A stretch of 24,770 nucleotides of DNA from a virus (lineage: Duplodnaviria > Caudoviricetes): IMG/VR virus record IMGVR_UViG_3300027892_000148, positions 1-24,770 of that record, one strand, 5' to 3'. Below the pieces are notes generated by a model. It was not told the origin of the DNA and ran no database searches. It saw only the letters and a list, made by a program, of their open reading frames with translations. This document shows, piece after piece, positions 1-7,700 of this stretch (the stretch's first letter is position 1; each line of letters opens with the position of its first letter). The translations under genes and the position numbers were made by a program.

Positions 1-392
1 GATCTGTTGGTGGCATCATTGCTGTAATAATCTCTAGCACCTGTTGATATCACAACATCTCTATGCTGTAACATGGTCCACCAGTGGTCTATAGAACTGG
101 TTATCAGCATGTCAGCTTCTAGTTTGATGGTTTGTCTGAACGGACTTGCGCGAAATGCCTGCCAGTCGTTGCTGAGTCGCCAGCTGGCATTCTTGGACAC
201 ATCACCGTAGGGCAATTGCACCACATAATCAAACTCCGGGAGATCAATTTCACAGTCAGTCAGCAGGCAAGTCTTGGCACCAGGATTCCAAATTTTTATA
301 CTGTGATTTAATTGTTGGGCGCACCTGACATAGTCCACTATGTCAGTGTTGACAGCAATGATCAAGTATCCACGTTCAGCTTGTACTGGCAA
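1..392 (-). CDS. Putative glycosyltransferase-like protein (GT-A fold), paralog of the adjacent gene; 3' end runs off the window; not in the ORF track
   Basis: Manual translation from TTG at 392 (GGAG 6 nt upstream; alternative TTG at 395) is open to base 1: MPVQAERGYLIIAVNTDIVDYVRCAQQLNHSIKIWNPGAKTCLLTDCEIDLPEFDYVVQLPYGDVSKNASWRLSNDWQAFRASPFRQTIKLEADMLITSSIDHWWTMLQHRDVVISTGARDYYSNDATNR... It aligns by eye with the neighbouring protein (G-x-x-I-x-A-x-N...DY...L-(I/L)-TD...FD-x-V...SP-(Y/F)-x-x-T-x-x-L-(D/E)-AD). The start overlaps the upstream gene's end. Confidence 0.8.
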   Translation of the reverse strand, partial: MPVQAERGYLIIAVNTDIVDYVRCAQQLNHSIKIWNPGAKTCLLTDCEIDLPEFDYVVQLPYGDVSKNASWRLSNDWQAFRASPFRQTIKLEADMLITSSIDHWWTMLQHRDVVISTGARDYYSNDATNR

Positions 393-1179
393 CAATATCT
401 CCCAAATGTTTTTTACCCATGGCATGGAAATCCTGACCAGATATTGTTATATGTTTCGACCTGCTGTCGCTTGTTTTATACGAAACTTTAAATGTGTCAG
501 GATCTATATATTCTACTTCATGATCTGGTACTACACTGGCCAATCTCCACGGAACGCTGGGCCACCAAGCCTGATGCCCGTGCAGTGTATTAAGTGCTAT
601 GCTGAGAGCATAATCGTTTCGATAGGTTGATTGCGATATTCCATATAGATTACGATAGTGTTGCCAATTGTTTCGTATCATCAACATCATATCAAATATA
701 TTTTTACTCAATTCAGATCGAGTAAATCTCATTACAGTGGCCCAGGCCATTGGCATACGATTTGTGCCAAACCAATTTAAATCATCAAATGTGCGTGTGT
801 TGGTGATGTCGTAGGCTATGACAGGGGCTAGAAATTCTTGTGGCATTTCAAATAGCAAATTCAATTGACTGCTGCACACCACATAGTCTGCATCTAATAC
901 CAAGGTTTCGTTGTATGGACTTAACTCATACACATCCATTCGATTGCCATTGAACCAAGTGACATTGCTGCCAATATCAGAAAAATATCGATTGCCGCCG
1001 GCCACTGCAGATGTTATAATAACATTGTCAAACTCAGCGGAATACATTGGAGCACAATCTGTAATTAGCGTGGTTGGCAATTTCAAATGCTGCTGTATTC
1101 GCCTGGCGCTCCAGGCAGCCAGTGCTTGATAATCAATTTCGCCGCTGTTGTAGGCAAATATTACAACGCCCTGGGTCAT
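376..1179 (-). CDS. Putative nucleotide-sugar glycosyltransferase-like protein (GT-A fold, GT8-like), 267 aa
   Basis: Track ORF 376..1236. The real start is more likely ATG at 1179, which forms an ATGA overlap with the upstream stop at 1176-1178. It shows an N-terminal hydrophobic strand (GVVIFAYN), a DxD motif (TLVLDADYVV), RNDYALSIA and a C-terminal DFHAMGK, in the order expected for GT-A/GT8-like enzymes. Confidence 0.7.
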   Translation of the reverse strand: MTQGVVIFAYNSGEIDYQALAAWSARRIQQHLKLPTTLITDCAPMYSAEFDNVIITSAVAGGNRYFSDIGSNVTWFNGNRMDVYELSPYNETLVLDADYVVCSSQLNLLFEMPQEFLAPVIAYDITNTRTFDDLNWFGTNRMPMAWATVMRFTRSELSKNIFDMMLMIRNNWQHYRNLYGISQSTYRNDYALSIALNTLHGHQAWWPSVPWRLASVVPDHEVEYIDPDTFKVSYKTSDSRSKHITISGQDFHAMGKKHLGDIVASTS

Positions 1180-1481
1180 CGTTGTTTCTGCAATTCCGCC
1201 CATTCCACCAACCAGGCGTTCATTTGTTCGCGCCATCTCTTTTGCATTTCGTCTTTGAGTTCAGCAGCATTTACCTTTACCGGATTGTGGTAAAGATCAA
1301 CCATCACAATATCCTCATTGTTGTATAAACTAAGAAAGGTTATTGTCTCCGGAGTTGACTTGAACATGCCACCGGCGTGTGCAAACAACATTCGGGCTTC
1401 GTATTTTTCTTTCAATACTCGATTTGCTGCCGCATGGTCAAAGCGGCTACGAGCTTGCTTGACAAGATTATTTGTATCCAT
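1176..1481 (-). CDS. Hypothetical phage protein, 101 aa (weak resemblance to DUF4376-type tail-fibre-assembly domains)
   Basis: Clean ATG..TGA ORF with a promoter-like sequence immediately upstream and ATGA coupling to the next gene. The functional resemblance (GGMF...D-x-x-x-N-P-V...helical C-terminus) is a weak by-eye inference. Confidence 0.75.
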   Translation of the reverse strand: MDTNNLVKQARSRFDHAAANRVLKEKYEARMLFAHAGGMFKSTPETITFLSLYNNEDIVMVDLYHNPVKVNAAELKDEMQKRWREQMNAWLVEWAELQKQR

Positions 1482-1487
1482 TGTTTG

Positions 1488-1516
1488 ATTGTACAGGAAA
1501 ATGAGATAAAAGTAAA
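1488..1516 (-). promoter_or_regulatory. Sigma70/early-type promoter: -35 TTTACT, 17 bp spacer, -10 TACAAT, 6 nt upstream of the ATG at 1481
   Basis: Minus strand reads TTTACT-TTTATCTCATTTTCCTG-TACAAT-CAAACA-ATG. The spacing is the canonical 17 bp and there is no Shine-Dalgarno before the ATG. Confidence 0.55.
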
Positions 1517-1538
1517 GGACTTATTTGAAGTCCTTTAC
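1507..1538 (-). terminator. Intrinsic terminator ending the structural-gene operon
   Basis: Perfect 11-bp stem GTAAAGGACTT/AAGTCCTTTAC (1512-1522 and 1528-1538) with a 5-nt loop, followed on the minus strand by TTTTATCTCATTTT. It begins 17 nt after the stop of the 332-aa gene. Confidence 0.8.
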
Positions 1539-1555
1539 CGAATTGCTTATGCTAG

Positions 1556-2554
1556 TTAAACTGCTGTAGCTGCAATAGTGGGTGTTCCCCAGGCTGCACT
1601 TGTCAAATAAGTAGAACTTGGCGGGAAATATGTTACCAGGGTTGTTGGTGCTGTAGCAGCGCCAATACTAGTAGCTGGGCTAGATACCGCAGTACCACCC
1701 GAGATGTTATCGCTAGACCCTGCACCCGAGCCGCCGGGATCAGTCCAAACTGTAGTTAGTACTAGCTGTGTGCCTGTTCCGGCTGTTTTTGCCGAAATCT
1801 GTATGAATGATCCTGTGTAGGGCGCAGTGTCTGCAAACTGTTTGTAGATCAAGGTATCGGTGGTCAGTAGGTCAAACCAACCTGTTGTTGTGGTCAAGGT
1901 AGTTGGGGTACCTGTTCCGCCCACCTTGGTGGTGCCAGTGTAGCTTGATCCTGCAATGCTTTGTGTGCCTGTACCACCTGTGATGTAAATGTCACCTACC
2001 AAGGTATTGGCCAAGTCATTCCATTCTGTGTCAGATGCTGTAGAGTCGGCAGTTTTTGAAGTTTCCCATTTGATTCTGCCGCCGGCATTGAAAAAGTAAC
2101 GTGCTGCAGCAGCACTGGCAAATGTGATTGTGTGGGTAAAAGTGATTGTCCAGGTAGTAGATCCAGATCCAGTGGCAGTGGTCTTGCTGACAGCGCCAGT
2201 AAAGGTACCGTATTGAGTACCATTTGCTGCTGCATTGCCTCTGTTGGTTGTTAGGCTTGTGAGATCGGTGTTGAGGTTGCTTAAAATAGTAATAGTTTGG
2301 CCGGTAGTAGGTGCAGCTCTTGAAGTGATAGCAGTGCCTTGATGGCTGCCCATGGAGCTGATGGTGTTGACCAGACTGGCCCATGAAGTGGCAGTCACAG
2401 TACCAGCAGCCGATACTGTGCCGAGAGCAGTTTCCCCGTACCCTGAATCTGTGGCTCCTACGCTCCAGATACCGTTAACGTTGGCACCCACCGTGGTACT
2501 AACAAAACCATTATAATCTGTTGCCTCTATTAATCCGCTTGCTGAATAAGTCAT
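1556..2554 (-). CDS. Putative virion structural / tail-fibre-associated protein, Thr/Ser/Gly/Ala-rich, 332 aa
   Basis: Long ORF directly after the tail fibre gene. Manual count gives about 75 Thr + 36 Ser. It has a beta-rich composition and an FASAAAARYFFNAGG motif of a kind I recall from large-phage structural proteins. Confidence 0.7.
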   Translation of the reverse strand: MTYSASGLIEATDYNGFVSTTVGANVNGIWSVGATDSGYGETALGTVSAAGTVTATSWASLVNTISSMGSHQGTAITSRAAPTTGQTITILSNLNTDLTSLTTNRGNAAANGTQYGTFTGAVSKTTATGSGSTTWTITFTHTITFASAAAARYFFNAGGRIKWETSKTADSTASDTEWNDLANTLVGDIYITGGTGTQSIAGSSYTGTTKVGGTGTPTTLTTTTGWFDLLTTDTLIYKQFADTAPYTGSFIQISAKTAGTGTQLVLTTVWTDPGGSGAGSSDNISGGTAVSSPATSIGAATAPTTLVTYFPPSSTYLTSAAWGTPTIAATAV

Positions 2555-2569
2555 TTTTTATGTTTCCAA

Positions 2570-3931
2570 TTAGTTGATGGTCACGATTGCTTCAATGACT
2601 CCAAGATTTTCGCTTTCTTTGGATTCTAGAGAACGACCAATTACGTTGAACGCTGTAGCTTCGCCTGGTTTGGCAGCGCGAGCCAGACCGTTGCCTGCTG
2701 CTACTAATCGGTCACCTTTGCGGATTGACCCTGTTACTCTAACTGGTACACGGCCTGTCATTGCGATAGGAGGGTGAGTTGAATCTGTTCCTGCACCAGA
2801 GTTCATTAGATAAGCAGCTCTTGTACTTATCACTCCGAACACATTTTCACTTAATTCGTTGACAGATTCAGTAATTTCAGCTGAGCCGCCCAGCTCAACC
2901 ACTGTGCCTGGCAGCATTTCTACATCTGCTGCAAAGCGTTCTGCAACGTCAGCGTATAATGCTGTAGTGGCAGTGGCAAACACAGTGTTGAACACAGCAC
3001 CTGCAGCGCCAATGTTGCCTATACCACTGCCATTCAAGTTGGTGATACCAAGAACACCCACCAGACTGGTGGAACCATTGACCAACAAGGCTGTGGTAGC
3101 AGCACCGCCGTCGTTGACAACAATAGCAATGTTGGCATCTTGTGTTTGATTTTGAATATTGACAGAGCTGGTTGCTGTGGTTACAGAAATCTTAGCGTCT
3201 GAATCAGCACCAACAAAAAAGCCTCCTGTGTCAGTTAGAACAGACAGGCTTCCTGTTGTAGATGTATTGGTATCTGTTCGCATGAATGCATTGCCACTGA
3301 CACCGTTTAACGCTTCTGCATTTGTGGCAGTACCTCTAAACAGGTTGTTGCTGACTGTGCTACTGAGTTGCATTCCTGGAGCAATAGTGGCAAATCCCAC
3401 AATGGCCACCTGCGGAGTAAATGTGGCGTCTTTTGAAATGGTAGCTACCACAGTGTTGCCCACGTACATTTTGATAACAGTGTGACTCACGCTGCTGTTG
3501 TCCAGCACTGTTTCTACAATGGCACCACTTGTGCCTTGAGCAGAAGAACTGGCAGGTCCTACCAAAATAAATGCAGTACCATTCCACACTTTCAGCTGTT
3601 GGTTTGCAGTGTCGAACCAGATATCGCCTGTGACATTACCTGTTGGTGCAGTGGCACTGGCAGTGGCAGCACTAATAGTCTTAAAGGCTGTGCCTGTATA
3701 AACTTTCATCAAGCTGTTGGTAGAATCCCACCACAGTTGGCCTGTCAAGGGTGCGCCAGGAGCAGTTGTATTAGAACCGTTCTCCAAGAGATGAACAAAG
3801 TTTTCATCAAGAAACTCGCCGTAGCCAGCGTAGTTTTTACCAACCAGGATCATGCTGGATGTGGTGTTGATGGTACCGTCTGCTATGGTAGCAAATATAG
3901 TGCCATCTGTTAGGTTGATTGTGTATGCCAT
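2570..3931 (-). CDS. Putative tail fibre / baseplate-attached fibre with C-terminal intramolecular-chaperone (Peptidase_G2-like) domain, 453 aa
   Basis: N-terminal LVGKNYAGYGEFLDENFVHLLEN followed by two G(Q/D)(L/I)W(W/F)D...(M/L)KV(Y/W) repeats typical of phage fibre N-termini. C-terminus YADVAERF...GTVV...GVIST...AYLMN...GRVPVRV. GGAG Shine-Dalgarno at 3940-3943. Confidence 0.8.
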   Translation of the reverse strand: MAYTINLTDGTIFATIADGTINTTSSMILVGKNYAGYGEFLDENFVHLLENGSNTTAPGAPLTGQLWWDSTNSLMKVYTGTAFKTISAATASATAPTGNVTGDIWFDTANQQLKVWNGTAFILVGPASSSAQGTSGAIVETVLDNSSVSHTVIKMYVGNTVVATISKDATFTPQVAIVGFATIAPGMQLSSTVSNNLFRGTATNAEALNGVSGNAFMRTDTNTSTTGSLSVLTDTGGFFVGADSDAKISVTTATSSVNIQNQTQDANIAIVVNDGGAATTALLVNGSTSLVGVLGITNLNGSGIGNIGAAGAVFNTVFATATTALYADVAERFAADVEMLPGTVVELGGSAEITESVNELSENVFGVISTRAAYLMNSGAGTDSTHPPIAMTGRVPVRVTGSIRKGDRLVAAGNGLARAAKPGEATAFNVIGRSLESKESENLGVIEAIVTIN

Positions 3932-3953
3932 TTTTTAGACTCCGTCCTGTCTG

Positions 3954-3987
3954 TATTTATGCAAGTATTTTATACCCATATTTATGC
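3954..3987 (-). promoter_or_regulatory. Two tandem T4-late-like promoter boxes (GCATAAATA x2) upstream of the tail fibre gene
   Basis: ATAAATA on the minus strand at 3954-3960 and 3979-3985, both preceded by GC; the second overlaps the upstream TAA stop. They resemble the T4 gp55 late promoter TATAAATA. Confidence 0.6.
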
Positions 3988-4587
3988 TGCACTCAAATTG
4001 GTGAGGGTCTGAATACGCACAGTATAATCTATTTGAATCTGTCTGTTCAAGCTCTTTTGAACAGGGTGGAAAATCACATGTGTTATCAGCATGAGATTAT
4101 CTGCAGATCCTTCCCAGGTTTTTAACCCTAATTCGTCGAACACAAATTCGCCGTTGAAATTGGTACTATTGTCAAAGGCCTGTTGTCCTGCAGGCTCGCC
4201 GTAGTCTAATAAACAGGTCACTAATACATCGGTGTACACCTTGCCCGAAGTATGCAGCACTGTTAAATTATTGCGAGTAGGATCTGTGTTGGCAGGACTA
4301 TTTCCGTCAACAACTTTCAAGTAGGTCTGGTTGTATAAGTCTGCATTTTGACCAGTCACGTTTGGTGGAAGATAAGTGATGATTCCGGTAGGGTCAACAC
4401 TGCTGCCACCGTTGCCAAAGGCCATGGCATAGATGTAACCAATGTTCTTGTTGGCTATGCTTTCGGCCAAAGCTATACTCATGTTTTCATAATGTATAGC
4501 ATTGTGTTTATCAACAAACACTTCTTTTGAATCGGGGTCGTGGATTTTTAAAAATCCCTCTACCATTACTGGTCCTAGCGACATCAT
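3982..4587 (-). CDS. Putative baseplate / tail-fibre attachment protein, 201 aa
   Basis: Lies between the giant wedge-like gene and the fibre gene. The motif order MAFGNGG...LYNQTY...LDYGEP...FDELGL...LITHVIFHPVQK...IDYTVRI resembles tail-collar/fibre N-terminal (DUF3751-like) beta-sandwich domains. ATGA-coupled start with GGAG upstream. Confidence 0.7.
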   Translation of the reverse strand: MMSLGPVMVEGFLKIHDPDSKEVFVDKHNAIHYENMSIALAESIANKNIGYIYAMAFGNGGSSVDPTGIITYLPPNVTGQNADLYNQTYLKVVDGNSPANTDPTRNNLTVLHTSGKVYTDVLVTCLLDYGEPAGQQAFDNSTNFNGEFVFDELGLKTWEGSADNLMLITHVIFHPVQKSLNRQIQIDYTVRIQTLTNLSAA

Positions 4588-4736
4588 GCTCTTTTCTCCA
4601 CTATAACTTCCTGCGTGTTTGGATCAAAAATCTTTACGAATCCTTCAACATGAAGTGCCCCATTTTCGTTGGGTCTTGTGGGCTTTTTTACCGCAGCCGA
4701 TTCTATTTGTGGCACAGATTCTGATTTGTCATTCAT
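4584..4736 (-). CDS. Small hypothetical protein, 50 aa (up to 57 aa from ATG 4757), not in the ORF track
   Basis: Manual translation: MNDKSESVPQIESAAVKKPTRPNENGALHVEGFVKIFDPNTQEVIVEKRA*. It fills the intergenic gap, its TGA overlaps the next ATG (ATGA), a TAAATA box lies 5 nt upstream, and its C-terminal half is similar to the N-terminus of the 201-aa protein. Confidence 0.8.
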   Translation of the reverse strand: MNDKSESVPQIESAAVKKPTRPNENGALHVEGFVKIFDPNTQEVIVEKRA

Positions 4737-4741
4737 GTTGT

Positions 4742-4748
4742 TATTTAC
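4742..4748 (-). promoter_or_regulatory. T4-late-like promoter box GTAAATA, 5 nt before ATG 4736
   Basis: Minus strand GGTAAATA-ACAAC-ATG. Confidence 0.55.
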
Positions 4749-4753
4749 CATGC

Positions 4754-7700
4754 TCATTCACCCTGTATAAACCTTGCTGCCACTGTGTCTTGTTCTTGTA
4801 GAGCTATACCGTTGCTGGCAGTACCGTCACCGGTTGCATACCAGCTTACAGCACGTTTTACCAAGATAGTAACCTGGTAATTTTCACTAGGTGGTGTGGT
4901 AAACACAATTGTCACTGGATCTGCGTCCTGAATAACATAGCCGCCAGTTTGACGTATTCCGCCAATGTACACTTCCACAGCGTCGTCTTGCTCAGTTGAA
5001 TCCAAGTTTGTTATTGAGATGTCTGCAGCTATAAATGTGGTTTGTATACCATCAGCCAAGAAGCTGTCTGACACAATGCGATTTTGATATTCTGCTGGTA
5101 GCCGATTGCCTACTCCAATATCATAAACTGCTGCACCCGCAGCATGATCAGCTGCGCCTGTACCTGCTGTGCCACGTCTGAGCCCACTGACAGTGTTGTT
5201 GACAGTGTCTCTGCTGCGATAGGTAATGCGTTCGCCGTTTATGGTGATCAAGCCAAAGATACCCTCTGGCAGGTTTGGCTCACTGAGAGCACTGACGTTG
5301 TTCACATAGATAACATCAGCAGTGGCCAACAAGTCTGCTGCCAATTCAGTGGTGGTAGATTCAGTAATGCGATATGTGCTTTGTAAGCCACGCATGTCTT
5401 GAAATATGCGGAAAGCAATGGCTCCGGGAATCACACTGTCTGTGTAACTGGTAATACTGACCACCTGAGCACTGTTGATTACAGGACCAGAGATAGTGAC
5501 CACTGATCCTGACACTGTGAAACCAATGCCATCAAACAACAAAAATCCATCCAGTGTCACTGTCAGTCGTTGTGTGTTCAAAATCATACGCCCTGTGTCA
5601 AAATTGTTTGATTCAACCACAGTGCCAATGGTAGCATCAAACAGACCCGGCAATGCTTCTGATGGATCAAACAAATCTGGCGAGTCAAAGTCAGTGCTGT
5701 CATATCTCTGAGTAATCAGCACACCTTCCGAGATAGGTCCCTGGAACACCTGTGTTAGTATTTCCTGTTCGCTGGTGTCGTTGAATGTGGTTACACTAAT
5801 TATATCTCCTGCAATGGGAATCAAAGAACCACTGGTTCTCCAAACCAACGTGGTGCCGTTGCTGATATAGTATTGAGCAGCTGTGCTGACCGATATCAAT
5901 ATGGTTGCACCAGCTGGTGGCGACGAAGTCAATGTGACAGTACGGTCTGAAGAACCGTCATATGGATCCACTAGAAACCCTATTCCCAGTATCAAGGGTT
6001 CATTGTTGACATAGACACTGACTTCGTTGTCACTGATCAAGGCCTGGCTATAGCCACCGTTGGTAGGCAGAAGATACTGCAGACTAGAACCATCGTCAAT
6101 GTATTCAACACCCTGGGCTGGCCTTGCTCTGATGCCATTCTTTTGAACAATAAGGTTGGCAGGATTGGTACCAGTCATACTGTTGGTCAAGCTGTAGGCA
6201 AATGTTGTGCCATCTGCCACAAAATACTGTGTCTGTGGCACACTCCATGAATAGCCTCCTGCAGTTGATCCCATGGCTGTGACAGTGATTTGGTCGTCTG
6301 CGGTATACGAACTGCTGAATGTAATCAAGGTCGCAGCAATGTCGTAACTGGCAAATGTGTAGTTGTTGATCAACAGACCATTGACAAATATAACCAATTG
6401 TTCAATACGACTGTAGGCAACTGGAATAACCAGTGTGTTTGTGATGTCAGCGCCATTTACAGATTCAACTGACAGTTGATTGCCGCCACCCAGCCCATAA
6501 GCAGTGATAATGAGTATGTTGCCTTGTTGTGCAGAGCTCAAGATTGTGGCAGTCTGATTGGGCCAGTCCAGTTCAAAATCTACATCTGGGGTCAGCTGAA
6601 CCCCGTTGCTGGCATTGAATATCTGCACCACTATAGGATACTCCAGAAGACCTTGCCAACTGTAGCTTTCCGTAGCAGTGTCATAAACATATCTGCGTGA
6701 CGATATAGGAAATCCATGACCGTTGTCGTCCCAGTCTGATCCCAGTGTAGTGAACACACGCATGTCCAGTGTATCAAACATGGCACCCGGAACCAGTTCT
6801 TCTGGTGCATGGCTGGAGTAGGTGTCCACAAATTCGCCGCCTGCTACCACAATTGGATTTGGACCTGTTGTGGGTGGCGCACCATCATAAGCAGGTGCCG
6901 GTAATGTGCCCAGGAAAGGATCGGTAAACTCACTTGCGTATATGGCATCCAAGATAGCAGGATCGTATGTGGGTCGACCTTCTGGTCCAAAAGCCAAATT
7001 ATCATAGGGATTGATGTCAAAGTTGCCAACATCAAAGCCGGTGTTTTGATTGAAGTCTGGAGCAGATACTTGCACACCTGGATAATCTACACCAGAGATC
7101 AGCAGAGCCAAATTCAGTCCGGGCTCATTGACTTGTGGTACATAATAGCCCATGGTACGGTCAACTCCGCTGAGATCGTCAGCTGGGACAATGGTCCATT
7201 GTTCTGGATCAAATGTGGCGCTCAATACCGCAGTGCTGTCATCTGAACTGGCACTCCAAACACGATCTATGTAACGTACCTGTGTACCGTTGTCATAGGC
7301 CACATCTGGTTGCCAGTCAACTATTGTGGTCTGATACTGGTACCGGTCATACTTGATTGTGGTTACAATATTTCTTACTAGGCCGTTGCCCATTACCGCT
7401 ACAGCACGAGCTCGTCTACCCAGGTAGGTCAGAACAGCAGTGCCGTCAGTCACTGGGGATATGGTTTCAGAAGGTGGCACCACTGTCAATATACCACTGG
7501 TAATTACATTGTAGACCAATCCAGCAGGTGTTTGGAAAACAGTGCCAGAATTTATTACAGCATTGGGCTGCCAATCCACTGCCTGCGGTAGGCCACCCTG
7601 CAGTGTTACAACAGGTGTGGTTTCAAAACCTTCCAGTGTTGTGACAACATCAACTGCAACAACTACTCCGGCACTGCTGACACGACTGACCAGAGCAGTG

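Noticed and set aside
1180-1236. Track start at 1236 for the GT-like gene
   Set aside because: It would overlap the 101-aa gene by 61 nt. ATG 1179 gives a standard ATGA coupling and matches the paralog's N-terminus.
4683-4689. In-frame A_AAA_AAG slippery heptamer in the microprotein (possible -1 frameshift into the 201-aa gene's frame)
   Set aside because: The -1 frame reaches TGA about 13 codons later, before the downstream ORF, so no fusion would result.
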